Assembly (NCBI RefSeq): GCF_038025025.1
Contig: NW_027117350.1
Location: 372,001 to 436,000, forward strand
Origin: Phyllosticta citribraziliensis
Taxonomy: Eukaryota
DNA: 64,000 bases
Direction: 5' to 3'
Every line of letters begins with the position of its first letter. The first letter of the stretch is position 1. The position numbers were made by a program, and so were the translations under genes. The notes under the pieces were generated by a model that worked only from the letters and a program-made list of their open reading frames with translations, ran no database searches and was not told the origin of the DNA. Below, one piece after another: positions 12,589 through 24,145 of the stretch.

Positions 12589-13434
12589 CGCCGCCGCCGC
12601 CTCCGCCGCCGCCGCCCCCTGACTGATTGACACAATTAAGCACGTTGGCCAGTTGCCAATGGCATTGGCAGCGTTGTTTGTGGTGGCGCTGGTGGCGTTG
12701 TTGAGAGAGAAGAAGGAGGAGGGGGGTGGATTAGTTGGTGGGGGGGGGGGGGGGAGGGGACAAGAGGGCGGTGATGCGCGGAGAGGAGGGATGTTGCTGG
12801 ATTAGCCAACTTATTCACATACCTTAGAAAGCGGACTTGCAGCAGCAGCAGCAGCAGCAGAAACAGATCCATTGCAACACAAGCAAGTCTCGAAGTCTCG
12901 AAGCCACTGCACCAAACCCCTCCAGAGCCCTGTGCCATAGGTTGCTTTCCCTTTCTCCGTCCTTGGGAGTGTCTGATGAGACGCATGGGGAAGCAGGTCT
13001 ACCTTCGACCTCCTTCTGTTCTGGCAAAGGGGGCAAAATAGGAGAAAAGACAGTCGCCATAGCATCAGTGTCAAATAGCAGCGCACTGTACAACGCGAGA
13101 CGACAGACGTCTTTTTGTTCCCTGTTTCAGGCAAGCAAAGCACCTCAGACAGGCGGCCTCCATCGGAAACAAAAAAAAGCCTGGTACGGTAGTTGATGAT
13201 TCAGAAGTCCGCGACTACAGACTGACTGACTGACTGACTGACTGACTGACTGAATGACAGGCAGATGAGCACACCAACGCGACACCCCAAACTAGCCAGC
13301 CAGGTATCCATCCTTCCACCGAATGCTCCTGACATGCAGCTCATTTGCTCACTCACCCACTCGCCCAACCTTCCCTCTTCCCTTGCCCAACTCTCCCACG
13401 CCACGCCACGCCACGCCACGCCACGCCACGCCAC
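12589..13434. repeat. Microsatellite cluster: (GCC)n ~12589-12615, poly-G ~12740-12753, (GCA)7 12839-12860, (GACT)8 13220-13253, (CCACG)7 13396-13434
   Basis: Direct reading of the sequence. Confidence 0.92.
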
Positions 13435-16400
13435 ACAGCTAATTCTCACGCCAGTCAGTCAGTCAGCCAGCCAGTCAGTGAGTGAAACAACGATGCCGAA
13501 AGCCGGCGCGCGCAGCAGTGGCACTGGCAGTGGCGCACGCATGGAACAGCCAACCCAACAGCAACAGCAGCAGCGGCGGCGGCGGCGGCAGCAATGCACA
13601 TCGCGGTGCCTCAATGCTCAAGGGCCACATACAGACGGACGGACGGACGGACAGATGCGACGAGATGCTTGGCTCGTGCCATGGCACGACGACGACGACG
13701 GACGGATGAAAGGAACCAGGCGCTGTGTCTGTCGTTCTCTCGATTCACGCTGCGGCTGCAGCAGCGACTGTTGGCAAGGAGGGAGGGCTGCACATGCTCG
13801 CAAGCATGCCTGCATGCATGCAAGCAACTACCCGCAGGCGCAGACACTTCCATTCTCGTGCTGAGTGGACAATTGGGAGTCCAAGAAATCGCAGAATGGA
13901 CGGGTGGACAACCCAGCGAACGGGGGGCCAGTCGGACGAAGCCGACAAGGTGGGATGGCGTGGTGCAGTGTGGGGTGGGTCAGGTGTGTGGGGTGGTAGC
14001 AGCAGCAGTAGCAGCAGCAGACAGACAGGCAGGCAGGCAGATAGGGCCAAAAGCAGGGCTGGACTGATCACAGCTACGTTTGCGGTGAGCGGTATCCAGA
14101 AGACGGGGGAAACGGGGGCCACGGGGTTAGAGGGTTAGGGCAAATTATGGGTAAGGCAGGTAAGTAGGTACCGAGTAATCGGCCGCACTGTACGTACTCT
14201 TGGGCGCCGAGAAGACGAGGCAAGGCAAGGCAAGACAGAGCGACAGAGAGCCGAGAGGCGAACGTGAGGTGAGGTCAGAGTGCATGGCATGCAGGGCGAG
14301 CCAGAAGGACGACAGACGTCGGGTCGTTGCTTGCTTGCTTGCTAGTCGTCTTTGCGGGGCAACAACATCAGCAGCAGGGAGCAAGCAGAATAGCTCGCTA
14401 GTTGGTTACCTAGCTAGCTTCAGTGGTAATAGTAGTAGCAGGTTGGTCCAGTTTAGGCAAGCCGGCGATGCATGTGCCCGTCTCTGCCGGTTCGGGTTTG
14501 CACGGCTTCTATGTTGCCGACAGACTGACAGTCGTGATGGTCTGCTGTGCTTCGTGCTTGGCTGCGAAGACATGTAGCGAGGGCGCGTGGGGTCCAGTCT
14601 GGCTTCCTCCCATGATCGAAGCGAACAAGAAGGATGCTTGGCGTTGGATGTTGGAAGAAAATGTAGGTAGGGAGGGACCGGTAATGTCGGTGGGTCAGAA
14701 AATCCCGAGGGAAGCATGGCGCGAGTGGGCGGGCAGGGCTGATTGCTTTGCTTCTTGCTCGACTGATGCTACCTACCAGTGCCATGGCAGCGCAGGGGCT
14801 GGGGTGCATTCGCTTGGCTGGCTGGATACCAGACAGACGGGAGGGGGCTGATGATGATGGGATGCTGCGTCGTGATAGGGCAGGTGAGGAAGCTCGTGGG
14901 CAACCAGGGCCTAGAGTTGGTCGGCATGATGCTGCTGCTGCTGCTCCTCTGCTGACGGACCAGACTATCGACAACTGTGAGATGAATTGCGCACGCGGGG
15001 CTATCACGATCCGTCGAGATTGAATGTCGTATCCGTGTTGGGTTCGCTCGCTCACGATTGCTGGATGGGGGGCAGACAAGCACAAGGCGGGAGGTTGGTC
15101 GGCGGATGGTGGCTCTCGCTCGCACTGCTCCGCTCTATACGACCAATCCAAACGGCCGATTGATTGATGCATGTCCCCGCTGGCTTCCAAGCTCTTTGGG
15201 TTTCTCCGGTTGTGAAAAGAGTGCTTCTGCCTGCTTGGTGCTCGTCGTCTCTTCCCCGCCGCCGCGCAACGCTGGAGGCCTGTCCAACCAACCAACCGGA
15301 CCTAACTTGCGTGGAGATGCAGCTGCGCACTGCACGCTGCGGTATGCAGCAGTGCGGCTCTTTTCGGAGCAGCCCTGTGCAACCGGCAGGCATTTCTCGG
15401 TTTGGAAAACAATCAAAGCAGCAGAGAGGAATAATCAGAAGCCACCTGACTCACTGGGGTGGATGCGACGGCCTTGAGGCGCCCCTCATCCGCAGCGGGC
15501 CAACCGTTGCCAACGGTTGCGCCGCAGAATGACGGGAACGGAGATGGCGGTGCAAGGTCGCATCGATTTTTAGGGGGCGAACAAGAGGAGGGGGGTGGGA
15601 GCTGGTTGCTAAGCATCTTGGCCTTCGGCTCTTTTACCGCAAGGCTTTGGCTGCCCGGGGATGCAGTATCAGAGGAGGTGCGTTGGGGGCGCTGGCTGCC
15701 CGCTCAGCACGTCTCGTCCTGTCACTCTTTGACCTGTGTTTCTTCTCCTTGTCACGATGATAGGGGGCGTTGAATCGGACGGGATGCAAAGCCACAGCCA
15801 TGGCCACAGCGAACAGTGCACGCGCCGCTAGTCAGCGACATCGGCCGCCCAATGGAATTTTTTTCGCTTTCGGTGCTCTTTTGGGCAGTTTTGGTGTGCC
15901 TGTGTGCGCGGCGCAGCTCGAACGAGACGAAGATCAAACCGCACATCGCAAGCCCTGAAGATCATGGAAGATTGAGCGCCAACGACATGTCCTTCAGAAT
16001 GATGATGAAGGTCTTCCATGACTACTGTGCGAGGCACTGCTCGGGTCCAGCGCGGTGGTAGCGATGGAACCTTTGCTTTTGTTGGTCGTCTTTAGAGTGG
16101 GGTTGCAATTGCGCCCCTCGTCGCCTTGTCCTGCAAGTCATGAAGCTGCGCAGCTGCAGCTGGCGCCCGTGCGACGTTTTGGGGAACCCGCCTTGTCGAG
16201 AACCAAGTTGGTCAGGAGGAGCACGGTGGGCGGGTAGAAGAGCCAACGTGGTGCCACGGCGGGTGGAGGGCAATGGCATGGCTGCTTTGTTTTTCCTCTC
16301 GGCTCGTCTGAGAGCGTAGCTTGGTCCATGACGCACAACAAAGCAGCGGCGCCATTGGGCGGCTTCCCATGTTGCTTCGTGACCGACGCTTTGAGTCACG

Positions 16401-17133
16401 AGATAACAACGCACACCGCTTCGTCAACGGTCACGGTGAGCTGGTGACAGCAGGCCAGACTGGGCTGGGGTGGAAGGAAGGAATGTCGGATTCGTCGGAC
16501 GAGTCAAGATTTTTCCCTCGTTCGCGTCTCTGTTCGACTTGGGCCTCGTTTCGCGGCGGGCCAGTGCGGCGGCAGGGCTACGCGCTGCGCTCTCTATGTG
16601 GGGATTGCGGCGCTGCAGCGTTAATTGGAGAGATCCAGGGGGGCTTCTCGAAGACGGGCGAAGGAATCTTGCGCGAGGTAACGCAGCCTCGTGCTCGCCG
16701 AGCGACGACGCTTCGGCACGCTTCCTTTTGGCCCCCCCAAGGGGAGTGTTTCGCGTGTCGTGCTGGGGGGGCCTGCCCTGCGGCTGCCGGGCTGGCGGGC
16801 AGTCGAGGGCATTCCATGCAGAGGCTTCCCCCTGGGCGATCCACGAGCCTAACCACAGCGGCGGCAACTCGTCGTTGTTTCGACAACTAGCGGGCGCCAC
16901 GTGTGTGCATGAGGACAAAGTCAAGCCAAGGCAGCAGTCGAGGGCTATCCGCTGGCCGCCGGAATCCTGACAGAGAGGGAGCGAGGTGAGTGAGTGAGTG
17001 ACTGCATGTTGACGGCCGGATGCGGCGGCGAGACGATGGGAGAGGGCTGTAGCGAGCCCAGGGCAGCCGAGGGAGGAGTGGGAGCAGGCCGGGGGTGCTG
17101 AGCTGAGGCACTGGCAGGGCAGGCAGCGAGGGG

Positions 17134-17221
17134 AGGGCAGCAGGGCAGGCGGGCAGCAGGGCAGCAGGGCAGCAGGGCAGCAGGGCAGGCGGGCAGCAGG
17201 GCAGCAGGGCAGCAGGGCGGG
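17134..17221 (+). repeat. 8-bp tandem repeat (AGGGCAGC) x~11 with recurring variant units
   Basis: agggcagc/agggcagg/cgggcagc units. The variant pair recurs at a 40-bp spacing. Confidence 0.92.
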
Positions 17222-18133
17222 GCAGTAAAACTTGCGGCATGCCCGGCGGGCAGAACAACACACACACACCACGGCGACGGGCATTGCGCTGCAACATGAC
17301 GTGCGCGGGCGGTGCAATTTGCCTCGAGCCCAAGCCGTTTGAAACGAACGCGCTAGGGTTGCCGCTCAGAGCGTTTCCCCATTTCCGGCCCGCTCGGGCT
17401 CAGGCTCAGCATCTTCAGGGAGGGAGTCTGCAATCTCTGCGACACTGACACTTGCGGAGAGCGAGCGATCCGCAGGGATCCCACCGTCGCCCTTGTGCCA
17501 GTCCCGTCTTCCTTTAATCCATCCCCAACTCGTCTATCCCTTCGCCGCCGGCTTTTTCATTCCCTTCCTCGGACTCCATCTCTGCTCTGCTGCCAACGCG
17601 CCCTCGCTACGCTACACCACACTACGCCCGACCTCACCGCACCCTCCCTCTCCACCACACCTCGCCGTCGTCATCCCACCATCGCACGCCGCGCCCTGCC
17701 TGCTTCTCCTGCCGTACCCTGCCTCCCCTACCGCTGCGTACGTCCTGTCCTGTCCTGTCCTGGCCCCCCGGCTCTCGCCTCAGCTTCGTTGCCCGCGCGT
17801 CGCGCGTGGAGAGCTCATGCACGCTTACCGCATCTGACCCAAGCTGCAGGCCCCAAAAACGCAAGCTCCCTCGCACTGGAGCACCACCCCGAATTCGACC
17901 CCATCCGTATCCAGCTGACCTGCCGCATCACTGCCTGTTCGCGCTCGATGCGCATTTCTCAATATGCGGTAAACACGACAGCCATACGCGCCTTCACCAC
18001 CGACTCGCAGACCAGCTGGCTCGGTCGCACGACCATCATCTTCTCTCATCCATCCTCGCCCACCCGCAACTCTTCTAATATCATGCTGGCCCGTCCCCTT
18101 CGCCAGTAGGCCCTCTCATCGCCATCCCTCAGC

Positions 18134-21100
18134 ATGATCTCCTCACCACTCCCTTCGCCTTACGACTCTCCAGACCACAATGGAGTCGCCCGTCCTCGGT
18201 TACCAACACCAAAGAGCTCCTTCTATCGATTCACCTCACATACTGGATACACCTTGCCGCTCTCAATTCCTTCCTCGTCCTTCACCAGCTACCCTTCGTC
18301 GCGCAACTCGCCCACCTCGGCGCCTTCGCTGGTCGACACAAACTCGGCCTCGACCACCCCCGAGAGCCTCCAACCCGTGCGCTATCCTGCGTCCTTTCCG
18401 AGCGCCCCATTCTCCCTCCCCGAATCGGCCATGTCACACTCGCCTCCGCCAACCTCTTCCCCAACCGCAATGGGTGAGGCCGTCGCCATCAGCAAGAGTC
18501 CAGGTCTGATACGCCGCATTTCGAGAGGTGCCCACACCCGCCTCACCCGCCAACGCGGCAATGGCGCGAACACCAGACGAGACCACAGCGCCGGCCCTGT
18601 CATCATGCGCCGGAGAAGCGACAGCAGAGTGGCCAACAATGATCCCAGGGAGACGTCGGCGTGGGACGTCTCCGATTACGACCTCGACCCCGAGAACGAG
18701 GAGGCCATTGAAGACTCGGTCGAACCCACCATCTCCCACGAAAGCATCGTCAATGCGTTGGGCATCGCTGCCGCCGGCCGGTCCAGTGGCGCTCCTACGC
18801 CCGAGGGTGCCGTGGCTCCAATTCGCAATTCCATCCTCGAGGGCGGCACATTCCTGACCAAGGTGACCAAAAAGAAGAGGCACAACATGAAGTTCCGCCT
18901 CGACTTTGAGTCGGCCAAAGTCACTTGGGATCCTTCGCGGCCGTCCAAAACCTTTTACATTGATGATGTGCGCGAAATTCGCATTGGTGCGGAAGCAAAG
19001 AACTACCGCGAGGAGTTCCAGATTTCGTCTGATGTCGAAGATCGCTGGTTTACCATCATCTACTCGGACCCCGACTCTACAAAAGGGCGGTCCATCAAAA
19101 CTATGCACTTGATCGCGCCCAACAATTTTCTCTTCCAGCTGTGGACGAGCACCTTGGAGACGGTCTCCAGGAGCAGAATCGAAATGATGGCAGGCCTCGC
19201 TGGAACAGGCGAAAAGACTGCCAGAGCTCTCTGGCGGAGAAACTTTGACAAGCACTTCAAGGGAGTGGAGCACACGGAAGACGATGAGAAGCTCGATTTT
19301 CCCAACACGGTCAAGCTTTGCCGGAGCCTGCAAATCAACAGCTCCGAGTCCGCCTTGAAGGCCCAGTTCGACAAGGCTGGCGAGCAGTCGGGGTACCTCC
19401 GATTCAACCAATTCCTGGCCTTCGTTCGGCGACTGAAGGAGCGCCGCGAACTGAGACCAATTTACGAGTCGACCAAAGGTACCGGCAACGAATTGGACAT
19501 TAGCAGCTTCTTCAAATTCCTCCAGGAAAAGCAAGGTGTCAATGTTGCCGCCGATCTCGATTACTGGGTTAGCGTGTTTGAAAAGTTCGCACGGAAACCT
19601 CGAGCAAACAGTTCGGCGTCTTCTCCTGCAGCCGACGTCGCCGTTTCCACCATGACATTTCAGGGGTTTCAGGCATTCTTGACCTCCCCTGCAAACCATG
19701 TCCTGACTCCCGGGAGGACGGACCTGAGCCTTGATCGCCCGCTCAACGAGTACTTCATCTCCAGTTCTCACAACACCTATCTTCTCGGACGACAGGTTGC
19801 CGGCCACTCCAGCACCGAAGCGTACATCATTGCTCTTCAGAAGGGATGCCGATGTATCGAAATTGACTGCTGGGATGGCAGCGACGGCCGCCCCATTGTC
19901 GTTCATGGCCGAACTCTCACCACGAGCGTTCTATTTGCCGATTGCATATCGGTCATCCACAAGTACGCGTTCGTGTCTTCGCCTTACCCCCTGATCATCT
20001 CTCTCGAGGTGCACTGCAGCCCGGACCAGCAGACGGCCATGACCGAGATCATGAAGAACCAATTCGGAGACGCGCTGCTTTTGGAGCCTCTGGACAAGAC
20101 CATGACTCTTCCCTCCCCCGAAGATCTCAAACACCGCATCTTGATCAAGGTCAAGGCTTCAGAAGAAGAGGAAAGGATCCACCCCAAGGACGATGCAAGC
20201 TCTGCGCGCAGTCGCGCCCGCAGTCTCAGCTCCCCCTTTTCCAAGCCCATTATCATCGACAACAACACGATTCCGGAGTCGCCTGTTCTCTCGAGCCCGC
20301 CGTCCATGACCCCACCTGACCGTGCGAGCACCTTTTGGACCACTCCGAGGACGTCGGTCACGTCGACCGGGGTGAGTATTCACAGCTCGGCAGACGACAG
20401 CGACAGCCCGCCGACAACCATTGCCGAAAAGAAGTCGAAGAGAAAAAAGACGAGCAAGATCATTCGGGTACTTGGAGACCTTGGCGTTTACACTCGAGGC
20501 ATCAAGTATTCGGACTTTAGGTTGCCCGAAGCCAAGACCTACAACCACATCTACTCGTTCGCCGAGCGCACCTTTGATAGCCTCTGCAACAAGGACTCCA
20601 ACTGCAAGGAATTGCTCGAAGAGCATAACATGCGCTATCTCATGCGCGTGTACCCTTCAGGCTACCGGATCAACTCTTCCAACTTTGACCCAATCAAATT
20701 TTGGCGACGCGGAGTGCAGATGGCCGCATTGAACTGGCAGACGTATGACCTCGGCCAACAAATCAACGATGCCATGTTCGCTGCAGGTCTTGACAGAACC
20801 GGTTATGTCCTCAAGCCACAGGAGCTACGCGAACCGAGGAACCGGGAACCCAACGGGCATGACAAGTCGAAGCGTAAGCAAAAGAAGCTGGTCAAGTTCT
20901 CAGTCGACATCATTTCGGCACAGCAGCTGCCCCGCCCTAGCGGCATGCGTCCCGATGCTTCCATCAACCCGTACGTCGAGTTTGAAATGTACAGCGCAAA
21001 CGACAAGGCACGGGGCGCCGCCATTGGCGAGGGCGGAACGGACGCGTCAGCGCGGAACGGCGTCTCCGGAATTGGGGTCCCACTTCGCAAACGTACCCAG

Positions 21101-21640
21101 ATCATCGAGGGCAACGGCTACGACCCCAACTTCAACGCGCCCCTCTCCATGACCCTCGAAACACGATTTCCGGACTTGGTTTTTGTTCGGTGGACCGTCT
21201 GGAACTCGGCCGACGGCAAGACCATGAGCTCGAGCAATGTGCCGCTAGCAACGTTTACGGCCAAGCTCAGCAGCCTTGAGCAAGGCTATCGTCATATTCC
21301 CCTCTACAACTCCAACGGGGACCAGTACATGTTCTCGACGTTGTTTTGCAAAATCAGAAAAGAAGACCACGTCAGCATCGAGCAGAACATGCAGCTGCCA
21401 CACCACTACGCGAGCACTGCGAGCATCAAGGAGATTCCGACCCCTGCCAGCACCTCGGAGCCTCCCAGTCCTCCCCTGGAAGCTGTTCGCACGGGCAAAG
21501 GCGACTTTTTCAAACGCGTTTTTAGCCGGACGCCGTCTGAGCGCAAGCGCAAAGACCGCGAGTCGCGCGACGCCTATGGAGACATGGCAGGATCTTTCAG
21601 CCGCAGTTCGACCATGGAGTCTTCGACATCTTTCAAGTGA
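18134..21640 (+). CDS. PLC1: Phosphoinositide-specific phospholipase C (PH, EF-hand, X-Y catalytic, C2); possible extra upstream exon (see findings)
   Basis: 1168-aa ORF. X-box YFISSSHNTYL...GCRCIEIDCWDG...VVHGRTLT...SLEVHC; Y-box LMRVYPSGYRINSSNFDP...QMAALNWQTYD; C2 domain IISAQQLP...PYVEFE...QGYRHIPL. Confidence 0.97.
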   Translation: MISSPLPSPYDSPDHNGVARPRLPTPKSSFYRFTSHTGYTLPLSIPSSSFTSYPSSRNSPTSAPSLVDTNSASTTPESLQPVRYPASFPSAPFSLPESAMSHSPPPTSSPTAMGEAVAISKSPGLIRRISRGAHTRLTRQRGNGANTRRDHSAGPVIMRRRSDSRVANNDPRETSAWDVSDYDLDPENEEAIEDSVEPTISHESIVNALGIAAAGRSSGAPTPEGAVAPIRNSILEGGTFLTKVTKKKRHNMKFRLDFESAKVTWDPSRPSKTFYIDDVREIRIGAEAKNYREEFQISSDVEDRWFTIIYSDPDSTKGRSIKTMHLIAPNNFLFQLWTSTLETVSRSRIEMMAGLAGTGEKTARALWRRNFDKHFKGVEHTEDDEKLDFPNTVKLCRSLQINSSESALKAQFDKAGEQSGYLRFNQFLAFVRRLKERRELRPIYESTKGTGNELDISSFFKFLQEKQGVNVAADLDYWVSVFEKFARKPRANSSASSPAADVAVSTMTFQGFQAFLTSPANHVLTPGRTDLSLDRPLNEYFISSSHNTYLLGRQVAGHSSTEAYIIALQKGCRCIEIDCWDGSDGRPIVVHGRTLTTSVLFADCISVIHKYAFVSSPYPLIISLEVHCSPDQQTAMTEIMKNQFGDALLLEPLDKTMTLPSPEDLKHRILIKVKASEEEERIHPKDDASSARSRARSLSSPFSKPIIIDNNTIPESPVLSSPPSMTPPDRASTFWTTPRTSVTSTGVSIHSSADDSDSPPTTIAEKKSKRKKTSKIIRVLGDLGVYTRGIKYSDFRLPEAKTYNHIYSFAERTFDSLCNKDSNCKELLEEHNMRYLMRVYPSGYRINSSNFDPIKFWRRGVQMAALNWQTYDLGQQINDAMFAAGLDRTGYVLKPQELREPRNREPNGHDKSKRKQKKLVKFSVDIISAQQLPRPSGMRPDASINPYVEFEMYSANDKARGAAIGEGGTDASARNGVSGIGVPLRKRTQIIEGNGYDPNFNAPLSMTLETRFPDLVFVRWTVWNSADGKTMSSSNVPLATFTAKLSSLEQGYRHIPLYNSNGDQYMFSTLFCKIRKEDHVSIEQNMQLPHHYASTASIKEIPTPASTSEPPSPPLEAVRTGKGDFFKRVFSRTPSERKRKDRESRDAYGDMAGSFSRSSTMESSTSFK

Positions 21641-22931
21641 TCATGGTCTACCCGTGAATCATCAGCAGACGCACGCTCCCGGGTCGCCGCCTGATGAAAA
21701 CCCACAAGCCGAGCTTCCTTCAGAGCACCACCGCGGGCCTAGCGTCATGACCACCACGACCGATAAAAGTTCATCTTCCCTGTTGATACTCGATTGGGTT
21801 GACCATTGGCGCACCGCATTGTCGCCAACATCAGACGTCTCGACTTTGGGGAACATCAGAAACGCATTGGAAAGGAAACACCACGGGGTCTCTGTTGAAA
21901 CAACCGAGTATTTCGTTCGCATTACTTGAATCGCACGTAGTGACAGGGGTCTGTTACACCATTTTGTCTTGCGTCGTTGTAGTTCCCATTGTCACGTCAG
22001 AAAGAGACTTGAAAGAGACCCCGATTCGTTGCTACGTACCTCACACTTTAGTTTCGATTATACCCCCAAGTTTTCTTTTTCCTTGTTTTCTGGATTTCTG
22101 GGAACGGCGCAAACATTCATCAGAAGGAGCGTTCATTGGAGTACACCATGTGTTATTTGGCTTCGATCCCCTTGTGTTATAGATTTGGTTCACCGTATTC
22201 TTTTGGTGTTTTTGCCTTGGCCTCTCGAGCATCAGGACCCAATGGTCCTTGTTTTTTATATTGGCAAGAGCCTGGATAGCCGCCCACACCCACCTCCTTT
22301 CTTTCGCTCAAGGTTGACATATCGGCGCTGCTGCATCACAAAAGTCATTCTGTCGTTTCCAAAATATCACCACAGGGGGCTCTCCGCCATCCTATCACGG
22401 CCGCACTGCATGAAAAACAAGTCATACCTCCATCCGCACGTCTTTCTTTACGTCACGCTGGATGGAATTCGTTCGCTTCTTCATCAGACATTCGCTTCAA
22501 GTCCCGAGAGGCCAAAGGCATGTTGTTGCATTACTTGGAACGGGGTTCATTCTTCCACCCTCAGTACAGCATTTCGGAATTGTGTTTTATTCTTTCCATC
22601 TTGGTCGAGTCAGCCGCTTGATGGGGCATTGGGTGGAGCAACCGTTTCAGTGTCCTTTGGCATGGAAAGGCTTCCGATTGTTGAGGTTTCGTTGTCCTTT
22701 CGATCTTGTCTTTCTTATACCCCCGGCCGTTGAATTTGCTCTTGCAGGGGTGTTGCCGCTGTAGCAGCATCGCACAAATGCTTCCTGTGATGAGCAAGGT
22801 TGGAACTGGACTGGAAATTTCAGAACGAAACGAGTCCCGTGGGGGTTCTCATTTTTTCCCCCTTGTTTTCTCTCTTCATATCCATACTTATTTCGGATCT
22901 TTTTTCTTTCTTCTTACCTCACCCACTGGAC

Positions 22932-24097
22932 GTGTGTGTGTGTGTGTGTGTGGCTCTCCTATCTCATATTTTGATTGTGTCCATGTTTTGGTTTGTCGCC
23001 TGTGGAGAGATTGTGACGTCATAGCTCCAGGCGAAAGAGATTTTCCTTTTTTCCATGTCGATAGGCCTTGATTTGCCCTCGGTTGGAACCTTGGAGGAGG
23101 CCAGGGGATTGGCAGGGGGAGAGACGAGCAGAGCCGGCCAGGGTAAACAGCTGCAGCAGCGCGTGTCTCTCGGCTGGTTGCTCGGCGGACGGACTGATTT
23201 GCAGGGGAAGGGGAAGAAGGGGCATGACGATGACACAGAAGGAAGATAGGACAGACACGACAGGAGGCGATTTTCCTTTGCGCGCAATTGTGATTGGCGG
23301 GCTGGACCGGCTACATAGGAATTGTTACCGCAAAGGGAAGGTTTTCTGTTGGAATCTCAATCGCAATCGAAAGCTGTACAGCACGCATATCCCCATCATC
23401 ATCATCATCCACTGAAGCGTCGTCGTCCCACTCGCACGTCACGGGGGCCTGCGTTGGGGTACCGTAGCGCTGCGAAGCTACTGCTGATCCTTTTGGTTTC
23501 GCATTTCGAACCAAGACAACTTGACCAACCGAGCAAGCGACGATCAATTTGCCCCTCCATCGCGCGCGCCCGCCCCCCACGTCCTTCGTTCTCCTCGTCT
23601 TCTTCTTCTGCCCTACCACTGGGAGCACATCCATCTCGTCCTACCACGTCCACCCATGTGCCCCGGCTCCTAGAGAGACGATCTCGCGCGTGCGGTGTGA
23701 GGACGTGACGTTGGCCTTGCTTGGACCCGCCCATCTTGCCCTTCCCCGGTGAAGGAAGACGGTCAAGCCAGGGAGGGAGGGCAGGCGTCTGAAGACGATG
23801 TTCCCTTTGCATTCTTTCTTCACGCCGTGGGCTGCGCTGATCGCGTTGATGGAATGGTAGCTGCTCTGCTCTGCCCTGTGGGCGTGCCCGCGCTCTCGTA
23901 CGTCGCCTTGTTTGCCGTGAGCTCCGATTCGCTCGCCCGCCAGCCACGGAGCTGTCTGCCGGTGCACACCCTCAGGTCCGTCACTCGCCACCCACACGTC
24001 GGATGGTCAATCTTGATGTCTGAGGGTGGTACCAGTAGTGGCTGTTGCGAGGGCCACACAGGCAGGCACGCGCGAGCAGGCAGGCTGTCGTCGGGCA

Positions 24098-24145
<48 letters not shown>

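Noticed and set aside
14123..14141. TTAGGG-like words (also ~2517-2527 and ~46737) as interstitial telomere or telomerase RNA template
   Set aside because: Only 1-2 imperfect units, and no recognisable pseudoknot or other TER elements.
18434..19906. Long antisense ORFs over PLC1 (also over UPF1 36889-38022 and 38980-40083, and PTC1 62799-63851)
   Set aside because: Expected shadows of GC3-biased codon usage on the coding strand.
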